Origin: a virus
IMG/VR virus record: IMGVR_UViG_3300001450_000028
Location: 1-64,000 of that record
DNA length: 64,000 nucleotides
Reading direction: 5' to 3' (one strand)
Below, in pieces: positions 32,745 through 41,351 of the stretch (its first letter is position 1; the number at the start of each line of letters is the position of its first letter). The notes beneath the pieces are model-generated. The model was given only the letters and a program-made list of their open reading frames with translations, was not told the origin of the DNA and searched no databases. Position numbers and translations under genes: made by a program.

Positions 32745-35126
32745 ATGTCTTTTGTCAAGCTTGACAATAGAAACCTTGAACACGTTTCAATACTATTAAG
32801 ACCTAATGTTCACTTTGTTTCTTCTTCTGTTGGGCAAGGTGTAACAGGCTCACAGTTTGTAAGCCCAGTCAGATCACCTGCAATTAAACAGGTAATAGAT
32901 CTTAAGACTGCAGCAGATAATTTAGTCGAAGATATTCTCGATGGTGATTCCAATGTAAGCAATTACAATGTTGATAATTATGCTAGAGCAATAAGTTTAA
33001 AAAATGCAATTGATGCTGATGTTGGAGGATCAACAGACGTAGCAGCATACTTAAAAACATACTTAGGGTTGATAGATGAAGCACCAAAAGACGTTAGATA
33101 CACAAAAAAGATTGATGCTTTTAGATTTGATCCACCTTTTAAGTTTACAAAAAACACAACAGAAAAAAATGTTATTAGAAATGTTCTAATGCCTTACCAC
33201 CGCCACAAGTATGAAAATTGTGGATTTTGGTATACAAATTACAATACGTTAAACTTTTTTGATAATAGTAAAATTCCTTCTGCCTCTGTCTTAGCATACC
33301 CAAGCGTTAATGAAAGATATCATTTGCCTGATAGCTTTTCTGTTAACTTTTGGATAAATCCAAGATACTCAGATTCAAAAAAAGATTATAGAGCAGGCAC
33401 AATATTGCACATTTCATCGTCAATATGTATTTCTCTAGTATCGGGCTCATCTGTAGATGAGTATGGTGCAGAAAACACTTTTAAATTATTGCTTCAGCTC
33501 AGTCAAAGCGCTGACATTGCTCCTTCAACTATAGACTTAAGTTCTCCTGCTGGTGCATACCCAAGAGACCTAATTTTCACATCATCTCAGTTTTTGCAAA
33601 AGAACAACTGGCATAACGTTCTTGTTGCCTGGTCAAATTCTACAAACAACTCAACAGGTTCTATTTTTATAGGATCTGAAGAAACAAACTTTAGCGTGCC
33701 TTCATCTTCAATATCAGCAAATAAAAATTTGAGTCCAAGTTGTTTACTTTTAGGAAATTATCTTGATGCAAAATATGCTGGAAACGAGTCTTGGGGAAGC
33801 ATGGTAAATCAAGGTGCAACAGCGTCAGGTGTTTCTAGAAAAGATAATGTTGAAGGGTACAAATCAGAAAACGTTACAACAACAACAGACAATTTTACAG
33901 GGTCACAGCTTTCACACCCTCTAAACGCAGAAATACATGATGTAAGAATATACAATAAGTTTATAAACAAAAACTTATTAAAATATAAGACAATATCTGA
34001 TACTAGCCCTTCATCGACTGATGATTTAGTATTTTATGTGCCTGCTTACTTTTTTCCTTCATCTTCAAAAAGACAAGTACTTGTCACTCCTTTTCAAACA
34101 ATTGAAGGAACAACAAACGACCCATTTAGCGTACAGTTTTCATTTGGAGTTGGAGGTAAGTCTCTTAATTTAGAAAACTATACTCTAGACTTTGTGACGA
34201 TGGAACAGCCTAGACATTACGGATTGTTTCCACAAACAATCAACACGACAATACAAAATATCACAGCTGACAATTACATCTATGATACCGGTTCTAATAT
34301 TAAAAGAAACTTAACGGTTTTACCTAATGATAATGGGCTTCATAAACCAGTATACAGATTGTTAGAAAAGTCTTTAATGTCCAGTAGCGCAATGTTTAAA
34401 AAATCAGGCCGGTCATCTGATTATTCTATAATAAGTTTAGAAAATTTAATTCCAACGTCTTCTCTTTTTCCTGGTTTGGTTTTCGCCACAGGTTCTATTT
34501 TTGATCAAATAGTAGGATCCGCACCTGATAATCCAGGTGTAGCTCCAGGGTCAGTTTTGACAATTGCGCAGAGAACTAGAGACGTAAGTTCTAATGAGAT
34601 AACTGTGCTAGATATATCTAACCTGTACTATGGTTCAAAAATTCACCCTAAAAGCTTTCACCTATATGAAGAAAACTTAACAGGTTCTGGTGGTGATATA
34701 TCTGTAAATATAAAAGACAACGGGAGGGGAGGATTATATCGTGCAGATTGTTTAACAAAACAAGCTGATTGGAACAACATCGGTACAATTCTATATGAAG
34801 AAGGTGCTGCCGTAATCAAGACACCAAATTTATTTTATTACGGAAAAGATAAGGTTGATATGAAACTGAGAGGCGAGCAACAACTGCATAGTTTGGTAAT
34901 GAACATACCTGCTTTTACTGGGTTTTTTATGTCTTCTTCAAACAGAACTTATGAAAAATACCCACCCTCAGCATCACCTGATAATGAAAATTTGAGCACA
35001 GTCCATATTTCAACTGTCAATATTCATGATGACAACTTTAATGTAATTATGCAAGCAAATTTTGCACAACCAATTAACAAAACAGAAGAAGATGAGTTTG
35101 TAATTAGACTAAAGCAGGACTTCTAA
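32745..35126 (+). CDS. LamG-containing structural protein, C-terminus paralogous to 31536 ORF
   Basis: FSVNFWINP, NNWHNVLVAW, AEIHDVRIYNK (LamG); C-terminal TVNIHDDNFNVIMQANFAQPINK...VIRLKQDF. Confidence 0.6.
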   Translation: MSFVKLDNRNLEHVSILLRPNVHFVSSSVGQGVTGSQFVSPVRSPAIKQVIDLKTAADNLVEDILDGDSNVSNYNVDNYARAISLKNAIDADVGGSTDVAAYLKTYLGLIDEAPKDVRYTKKIDAFRFDPPFKFTKNTTEKNVIRNVLMPYHRHKYENCGFWYTNYNTLNFFDNSKIPSASVLAYPSVNERYHLPDSFSVNFWINPRYSDSKKDYRAGTILHISSSICISLVSGSSVDEYGAENTFKLLLQLSQSADIAPSTIDLSSPAGAYPRDLIFTSSQFLQKNNWHNVLVAWSNSTNNSTGSIFIGSEETNFSVPSSSISANKNLSPSCLLLGNYLDAKYAGNESWGSMVNQGATASGVSRKDNVEGYKSENVTTTTDNFTGSQLSHPLNAEIHDVRIYNKFINKNLLKYKTISDTSPSSTDDLVFYVPAYFFPSSSKRQVLVTPFQTIEGTTNDPFSVQFSFGVGGKSLNLENYTLDFVTMEQPRHYGLFPQTINTTIQNITADNYIYDTGSNIKRNLTVLPNDNGLHKPVYRLLEKSLMSSSAMFKKSGRSSDYSIISLENLIPTSSLFPGLVFATGSIFDQIVGSAPDNPGVAPGSVLTIAQRTRDVSSNEITVLDISNLYYGSKIHPKSFHLYEENLTGSGGDISVNIKDNGRGGLYRADCLTKQADWNNIGTILYEEGAAVIKTPNLFYYGKDKVDMKLRGEQQLHSLVMNIPAFTGFFMSSSNRTYEKYPPSASPDNENLSTVHISTVNIHDDNFNVIMQANFAQPINKTEEDEFVIRLKQDF

Positions 35127-35689
35127 TGATACTTGGTGCAGATATATCTACAAGCTGTACAGGCTTTTGTATCGTCAATGACGAAGGAACACCTGTTCAC
35201 TTTTCATACGTTGAGTTATCTAAAGAAAAAAACTTTTTTGAAAAAGCAAAAAAAGTTAAACTTCACATTTTAGAACTAATGATAAAATATCAAATAGATG
35301 ACATAGCTGTAGAAGATTACCTGACAAGCTTTGCAAAAGGAAGATCTTCGGCAAAAACACTTTTTAAATTGGCAAAGTTTAACGGAATTATTCAGTGGAT
35401 TTGCTACAGCGATCTAGGAATGAAAGCGACGCCTATAAACGTTAATGATGCCCGAAAGACAAGTAGTATTATAGTCTTATCTAAAAAGAAAACAATAGAA
35501 ACAACTAAAGAGCAAGTTTTGCGTCAAGTCAAAGATCAAATTGGAGATCTTTTTTGCTTTCCTACAAAGATACTCAAGTCAGGCCCAAGAAAAGGGCTAG
35601 AAGTAACTGACAAGGTATCATATGATATGGCAGACGCCTATGTAATTGCAAAAGCAAATTGGCTTGAAAAAAGAGAAAAAGCTTTATAA
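35126..35689 (+). CDS. RuvC-like Holliday junction resolvase
   Basis: ILGADISTSCTG (D), IAVED (E), and YDMADAYVIA (DxxD) form the RNase H-fold catalytic set. Confidence 0.85.
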   Translation: MILGADISTSCTGFCIVNDEGTPVHFSYVELSKEKNFFEKAKKVKLHILELMIKYQIDDIAVEDYLTSFAKGRSSAKTLFKLAKFNGIIQWICYSDLGMKATPINVNDARKTSSIIVLSKKKTIETTKEQVLRQVKDQIGDLFCFPTKILKSGPRKGLEVTDKVSYDMADAYVIAKANWLEKREKAL

Positions 35690-35690
35690 T
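35663..35690 (+). promoter_or_regulatory. Putative sigma70-type promoter giving a leaderless or near-leaderless primase mRNA
   Basis: cttgaa at 35663-68 and TATAAT at 35685-90; the ATG at 35699 follows 8 nt later with no SD. Confidence 0.4.
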
Positions 35691-35698
35691 ATCTCAAT

Positions 35699-36661
35699 AT
35701 GAGTATTGTAACTTTAAAACAAAAAAGAGAGCTTATTAGTTCTGTTTTTGGCAAAGGTGTTGTCGCAAGTAACGGTAGTGACATTGCTGTCTACTGCCCG
35801 GTTTGTGAAAAGTCTTCCAAGACAAAAAAGAAAAGAAAACTTTCTATCTCTATTGAAACGGGCGTGTATCACTGTTGGGTCTGTGAGACAAAAGGCAAAT
35901 TAATTACACGGTTTGTGCAAATTAATTTCCCGAATAGCAAACAGTTGCCTAAGTTTAGAGAATACTTTGGTAGTTTAAAAGAAGAAAGGATTGAAGAATT
36001 AAAAGTAGTTCTTAAACTACCTGAAGATTTTAAACTTTTAACTCTTTCTAGTTCAAGAAAATCAAAATTTCTAAAAAAGTACTTATCTACGCGAGGTATG
36101 GACTATGAGGATCTATATCGATTTAAAGCCGGTTACAGTTTTGAGCCTGGTTTTGAAAATAGAGTAATTTTTCCATCTTTTGACAGTGATCTAGACTTAA
36201 ATTTTTACTTAACAAGAGTTTGTGAAGAAACAAAATATCAAAAATATAAAAATTGCAAGGCATCAAAAAAAGAAATTATCTTTAATGAGCATGTAATAGA
36301 CTGGAAAAAGCCTGTAATACTCGTAGAAGGTATTTTTGATGCTGTAAAAGCTGGAAATAATTCTGTTCCTATACTTGGTAGCTGGATTGACACAAAATAT
36401 AGTCTATTTAGAAAAATAATCAAAGAAAGATCTGACGTTGTTCTTGCATTAGACCCAGATGCAAAAGAAAAGCAAATTAAAATTTCAAAAAACTTAATTT
36501 CGTATGGGGTCAATGTTAAAAATACTCAAAATTTAAAGAAAGATCTAGGTGACATGACAAAAAAAGAAGCGGAAAATTTAATATTGGATGCTAAACCTTT
36601 TGACAATATGGAAAGAATGAGATATTTAATAAGCGGAATTAAATCGGGTTCCATGTTTTAA
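35699..36661 (+). CDS. DNA primase (zinc finger + TOPRIM, gp61/DnaG-like)
   Basis: CPVC...YHCWVCETKG zinc-binding domain, YLSTRG, RVIFP, KY.N, LVEGIFDA, and LALDPDA (DxD). Confidence 0.88.
   Translation: MSIVTLKQKRELISSVFGKGVVASNGSDIAVYCPVCEKSSKTKKKRKLSISIETGVYHCWVCETKGKLITRFVQINFPNSKQLPKFREYFGSLKEERIEELKVVLKLPEDFKLLTLSSSRKSKFLKKYLSTRGMDYEDLYRFKAGYSFEPGFENRVIFPSFDSDLDLNFYLTRVCEETKYQKYKNCKASKKEIIFNEHVIDWKKPVILVEGIFDAVKAGNNSVPILGSWIDTKYSLFRKIIKERSDVVLALDPDAKEKQIKISKNLISYGVNVKNTQNLKKDLGDMTKKEAENLILDAKPFDNMERMRYLISGIKSGSMF
36622..36628 (+). promoter_or_regulatory. Putative late promoter ATAnTTA (ATATTTA) inside the primase 3' end
   Basis: About 45 nt upstream of ATG 36671, whose product carries the head-targeting-like N-terminus. 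Confidence 0.4.
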
Positions 36662-36670
36662 GGATAAGAA

Positions 36671-37204
36671 ATGAAAAGAGTCGACCTAAGAAGAATGATT
36701 CAGCAAGAAATGTACAGAGTAGAAGAAGACCTGCTTGTAAGACCAGAAGATATTCCTGACGATTTTAAGCGTCAAGTTGTAGTATCAGATGAAGAAGAGT
36801 GCGATTCTTGTATGAAAAACCCAGGCGGCTGCGAAGTTCATAATGCTCCTTACGATTCAGGGCGCGCTGGGCATATGAAAAGCAAAATGAGCTTAACCTG
36901 CAGTTCTTGCGGAGGCCCTCTTGTAATGGAAGGCGGCTGCGGGTGCAGCGGATCTTCTGTAGAATATGAAGATTATGAACCAGAAATGGTTTATTCTTTC
37001 GAAGCACCAGAAAAGCATCACAAGTCAGGCGCGTATATGGCTAAAGCCCAGTTACACAAAATAAAAGAATATGCAGAAAAACTCCAGCACATGATACCCG
37101 ACGGTCATGATCTAGACGATTGGATGAGGAGTCACATTTCTCAAGCTGCAGATGATATATCAGAAGTTTATCACAAATTAGATTACACACATTCTAAGGA
37201 CTAA
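36671..37204 (+). CDS. Hypothetical putative internal head protein with Cys clusters
   Basis: N-terminus MKRVDLRRMIQQE; CDSC..C..H and CSSC..CGC clusters; C-terminal MAKAQL...LDDWMRSHISQAADDI helical motif. Confidence 0.6.
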   Translation: MKRVDLRRMIQQEMYRVEEDLLVRPEDIPDDFKRQVVVSDEEECDSCMKNPGGCEVHNAPYDSGRAGHMKSKMSLTCSSCGGPLVMEGGCGCSGSSVEYEDYEPEMVYSFEAPEKHHKSGAYMAKAQLHKIKEYAEKLQHMIPDGHDLDDWMRSHISQAADDISEVYHKLDYTHSKD

Positions 37205-37218
37205 CTTACGAGGAAAAT

Positions 37219-38469
37219 ATGATTTCGCTTCAGCGTCTTTTTGAAGATGTAGACATTAGCAGTGTTCCAAAAAAATACAAGAAAAGAATGTCTAGAAAAT
37301 GTAAAATCTTCAAAGGTTTTGAAGAGACAATACCAGAATTGTCATATCCAAAAATAGACACAGATAGATTTGAAGAAGACTTGTCAGAAGTTAGAAGGTG
37401 TGTTAAAGATTCTTCACTTTCAGAAAAGTTTTTAAAACTAACTAATAGAGATTCTGAAGATGTATTTAAGAAGTTTTTAAAAGACGAAGACATAGACTGG
37501 TCTGAGTTAGATCCTATGCTTAAAGAGTTTGATGGCGTCATGCTTAGAATGAAATTTAAATATGACAGAAAACGACCGTTTGAATATTTTAAAGAAAGAG
37601 GCGAAGACATAAAGACGGAAGAAGCACATTCACCGTCCTTCCCATCAGGACACACTGCGTTTGCATACTTAATGTGCGACTATCTTTCTGACATGTTTCC
37701 AGGAAAATCAATGCAATTGCAAACTATTGCAGAAATGATAGCACAATCAAGAATAGAAAATGGAGTTCATTTCCCAACAGACATTGCTGCAGGAAGATTT
37801 CTAGGAGAACAAGCAGCAAAGTTTGTACTTGAAAAAGAAAGTATCAATGAAGGCTTTGCGTCAAGAGATCATCAAAAAACTTTTGTTAGATTTTTAAGAA
37901 AGAAAGCCCGAAAGGTAAGAAAAGGATTTAATAAAAATGAAGCATTGAAATTTTTTGTTAATGACATTGCCACTTTTATTAATGAGTGTACACACAAAGA
38001 GTTTAACATATGTTACGAAGCTAGTAAAAGTTTGGTTGAGGGTCATAGTTTAGATAGCTGCACAAAAGATGAAGAAATAAAAAGACTAATTGAAGGTATG
38101 ATTCATATTTTCTTTTCAAAACAAGATAAGTTTTCTGAAATTGTTAAATTAAATCAAGTACTAGAATTAAAATGCGAAATTAGAAAAGTTGACAAAGTTA
38201 CTCTATCTGGATTGTCTTACGCACCTGTTGAAAAAATACAAGAGTATGCTACAAAAGTTTGCAAGTTAAACAACAAACCTTTTTTAAAATTAGCGACAGT
38301 TAGTTGGATAGCTCCTTTTTCAAGAGGTAACAGAAAAATTACAAATCTTGTTTTTCTAAAAGAAACAAATTTTGATTTTGATATAACAAATCAAATTCTA
38401 ACTGATGATTTAGACTACATGTTAGAGAGTTTTTATGTGCAAGACAGAGCAAAAACTATTCTTTCATAG
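37219..38469 (+). CDS. PAP2-family (acid phosphatase / vanadium haloperoxidase fold) phosphatase with degenerate C-terminal Fic-like domain
   Basis: All three PAP2 motifs are present: KFKYDRKRP, SFPSGH, SRIENGVHFPTD. C-terminal WIAPFSRGNRK resembles Fic HPFxxGNGR. Confidence 0.8.
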   Translation: MISLQRLFEDVDISSVPKKYKKRMSRKCKIFKGFEETIPELSYPKIDTDRFEEDLSEVRRCVKDSSLSEKFLKLTNRDSEDVFKKFLKDEDIDWSELDPMLKEFDGVMLRMKFKYDRKRPFEYFKERGEDIKTEEAHSPSFPSGHTAFAYLMCDYLSDMFPGKSMQLQTIAEMIAQSRIENGVHFPTDIAAGRFLGEQAAKFVLEKESINEGFASRDHQKTFVRFLRKKARKVRKGFNKNEALKFFVNDIATFINECTHKEFNICYEASKSLVEGHSLDSCTKDEEIKRLIEGMIHIFFSKQDKFSEIVKLNQVLELKCEIRKVDKVTLSGLSYAPVEKIQEYATKVCKLNNKPFLKLATVSWIAPFSRGNRKITNLVFLKETNFDFDITNQILTDDLDYMLESFYVQDRAKTILS

Positions 38470-38471
38470 AA

Positions 38472-38500
38472 TGTAAAGAGTAAATAATTAATGCTATAAT
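38472..38500 (+). promoter_or_regulatory. Sigma70-type promoter TGTAAA-N17-TATAAT with extended -10 TG
   Basis: tgtaaa at 38472-77, tgcTATAAT at 38492-500, GAGG RBS before ATG 38521. Confidence 0.6.
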
Positions 38501-38520
38501 ACAAACAAGAGGGTTGTAAT

Positions 38521-38973
38521 ATGGCAAAAAAAAGAAGAATAGCTGCAAAAGACTTGCGAAACATTAGATCAAGCTTTAAAGAAGAAAAGCTTAATTCTGA
38601 TGTTGAGCTTCCTAATATTAACAAGCAGATTGCAGACGCAAAGGCAAAAGCAAGAGACATAAAGATTAATGAAACTGGCATGACGCCTAAAGAAATTAAA
38701 AAAGCTGCAAAAAATAAAATTAAAAATATTAAAGCAGACTTTACAAACAAGCAAACTGTAAAGGTGACATGTAGCTTTAATGTTGGAGATATCGTCTGTT
38801 TTAAATACGGAGGTTCAGAAGAAATAGGACTTATTTGCAAAATGTGGGTTCCTAACTCTGCTAATACTCGCGAAGAAGCAAAAAATGCAGGCAATGTTAC
38901 CTTGTTATCTTCTGTTGGAAGAGTAGACATAAAACCTATGAGTATTTATAAAAAAATTAATGAGTGCAATTAA
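38521..38973 (+). CDS. Hypothetical basic protein with C-terminal SH3/KOW-like motif
   Basis: Lys-rich N-half; FNVGDIVCF....GLI motif. Confidence 0.6.
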   Translation: MAKKRRIAAKDLRNIRSSFKEEKLNSDVELPNINKQIADAKAKARDIKINETGMTPKEIKKAAKNKIKNIKADFTNKQTVKVTCSFNVGDIVCFKYGGSEEIGLICKMWVPNSANTREEAKNAGNVTLLSSVGRVDIKPMSIYKKINECN

Positions 38974-39021
38974 GCAAATAAAGATTTAAAATAAACTTGC
39001 AAACAAAGAGGTATTAACTAA

Positions 39022-40110
39022 ATGAACATTGAAACTTTTGTAAAGGTCGCGCTAAGCCTTCCTCCTGATATATCAATCCTTGTCAAAGGTGACACAGGCA
39101 TTGGAAAATCAGATATTACAAAATATATTGCAACTCAAATTAAGACCAATGCTATGTTTCTAGATCACAAAGGTACAGGAATACCTGTTCTTGACTGGCG
39201 ACTAAGTTGTTTTTCAGAAGGTGACATTATTGGCCTTCCAGAACTTGTTGATGGAACAACAAGATTTGCTCCAAATGCTAGGTTTATGGCAGCCTGTAGA
39301 GAACCTCACTTGCTCTTTTTAGATGAAGGCAATCGAGCAACAAATGAAGTTTTGCAATGTGCATTTCAAATTGTTCTTGACCGAGAACTAAATGGTCAAA
39401 AGTTGCATCCAGAAACACGTATCATTATGGCAATTAATGAAGGTAATGACTTTACTGTGAACGAGCTCGACCCGGCTCTTCTTCGTCGATTTTGGGTAAC
39501 AGAGCTGCGTCCAACTGTGAACGACTGGCTTACATGGGCTCGAAGCAATGACATCGACCCAATGATTACAAGGTTTATTGAAAAGTACCCTTCTCACTTG
39601 ATGCACGAAGGAGAGCGGTCCCCCGGGGAAGTTTATCCTTACCCCGCATCATGGGCACGACTAGATAAATCGCTCAAGCATGCAAACTTAAGCCCAAGCA
39701 GCTACGCGGGCGCTGACATTCCTGATTTTGTTCTTCATCTGTCATCAGGGTTTATTGGTCTTCCAACAACAGCAGCATTTTTAGACTATCTTAAAAATTA
39801 TAAGCTCAAGCTGTCTGCATCTGACATCTTAGACAAATTCAAAACAGTAGAGTCTGATGTGGGATACATGACAAATGATAAGAAAAATGAAGCACTCGAT
39901 CAAGTTGTACTCTTCTTAAAAGAAGAAGAAATAACTGTTGCTCAAGCAGAAAATTTAAAAAAGTACTTATCACACACGTCAGATGAAGTTGTGGTCAACT
40001 TTATGCAAACTGTCTTAGGTTTAAAAAATATTCACAACATTAAATTAATTCACAAAGTAGTTAAGTCAAGGGTGCTTGAGGCAACAAGATCTTCAATGGG
40101 AATTAAGTAA
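39022..40110 (+). CDS. MoxR-family AAA+ ATPase
   Basis: Walker A GDTGIGKS, GDIIGLP, Walker B LLFLDEGNRA, IIMAIN, and LDPALLRRF. Confidence 0.9.
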   Translation: MNIETFVKVALSLPPDISILVKGDTGIGKSDITKYIATQIKTNAMFLDHKGTGIPVLDWRLSCFSEGDIIGLPELVDGTTRFAPNARFMAACREPHLLFLDEGNRATNEVLQCAFQIVLDRELNGQKLHPETRIIMAINEGNDFTVNELDPALLRRFWVTELRPTVNDWLTWARSNDIDPMITRFIEKYPSHLMHEGERSPGEVYPYPASWARLDKSLKHANLSPSSYAGADIPDFVLHLSSGFIGLPTTAAFLDYLKNYKLKLSASDILDKFKTVESDVGYMTNDKKNEALDQVVLFLKEEEITVAQAENLKKYLSHTSDEVVVNFMQTVLGLKNIHNIKLIHKVVKSRVLEATRSSMGIK

Positions 40111-41351
40111 TGCCAGCTTTAACACAATCTCAATTTGACTCAACGCTTCTTAAATTTTTAATAGAAGAGCCTTTTTTTGCAACAATCATTAGAGGCATGC
40201 AAAAAAATAGAACTTTTGACTTGGATACAGCAGGTGTAAGTTACGAAGACGGGTCAATGAAGCTTTTTTGGAACCCTAATTTTATGGGGTCCTTAAGATA
40301 TAAAAAAAGATCAGGACTGCTTAAACATGAGTGTTATCACTTAATCTTTAAGCATGTGACTACAAGAAAACAAAAGCCTCACATGGAGTGGAATATTGCA
40401 ACAGACTTGGCAATCAACAGCATTATTCCAGTTAGCGAACTTCCAGAATGTGGACTTATTGCAGGAAAGAAAAATAAACTTGAAGTAAATGAAGGCATTG
40501 AACTTTCAAAAGAAAGGCGTGAGCTAATAGAAAAGTTTAGCAATTTTATTGAATCGCTACCTAGTCGTAAATCGTCTGAGTGGTATATGAATGAAATTCA
40601 AAACAACAAAGAGATCAAAGAAGCGATTAAAAATCTTTACGAAAACAAAATTCTTGTCGTTATGGATGAACATGATGATTCAGAGCTTTCTGAAGCAGAA
40701 AAAATTATAGCTGACCATCAAGTAAAAGATCTGCTTAGCAAAGCAAAAGAAATTGCAGATACAAGGGGCTGGGGCTCTACTTCTTTTTCTGTTCGTGCTA
40801 AGATTGAGAGTATGGTGTCTAAAAAGTTTGAATGGGAGCGAGCGCTTAAGTACTTTTGTGGTAACAAAATGAGAAACAACTACTTTAAGACGCAAAGAAA
40901 GATCAACAGAAAATATCCCTATATCCACCCAGGCCGAAAAGCAAAAAAGACTTCTCATCTTGCAGTTTATGTTGACCAGAGCGGAAGTGTTGGAGGTGGC
41001 TCACTTGCTAGATTTGGAAATGTCTTAGAGCAGTTATCTAAGACACATTCTTTTACTTACTACTTTTTTGACTCACATGTAGATGAAAAAAGTAAAACTT
41101 CGTGGAAGAAAGGAAAAACCAGTAATTTTTCTAGAAGGCTTTCTGGAGGTACAAATTTTAACAATGTAGAAGATCATTTTAGAAAAGTAAGCAGAGAATA
41201 TGACGGTTACGTTATAATGACTGACGGGTATGCAAATAAGCCTAAAACTTGTATTTCTAAAAGATGCTGGGTAATATGTCCAGGTGGGTCTCTTGCATTC
41301 ACACCTGAAAAGAGAGACTACGTTATTAAAATGAGTAAGGAACATAGATGA
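40110..41351 (+). CDS. DUF2201-type metallopeptidase (HExxH) + VWA-domain protein, MoxR partner
   Basis: LLKHECYH, WNIATDLAIN; MIDAS motif VYVDQSGS; GGTNF; IMTDG. Confidence 0.88.
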   Translation: MPALTQSQFDSTLLKFLIEEPFFATIIRGMQKNRTFDLDTAGVSYEDGSMKLFWNPNFMGSLRYKKRSGLLKHECYHLIFKHVTTRKQKPHMEWNIATDLAINSIIPVSELPECGLIAGKKNKLEVNEGIELSKERRELIEKFSNFIESLPSRKSSEWYMNEIQNNKEIKEAIKNLYENKILVVMDEHDDSELSEAEKIIADHQVKDLLSKAKEIADTRGWGSTSFSVRAKIESMVSKKFEWERALKYFCGNKMRNNYFKTQRKINRKYPYIHPGRKAKKTSHLAVYVDQSGSVGGGSLARFGNVLEQLSKTHSFTYYFFDSHVDEKSKTSWKKGKTSNFSRRLSGGTNFNNVEDHFRKVSREYDGYVIMTDGYANKPKTCISKRCWVICPGGSLAFTPEKRDYVIKMSKEHR

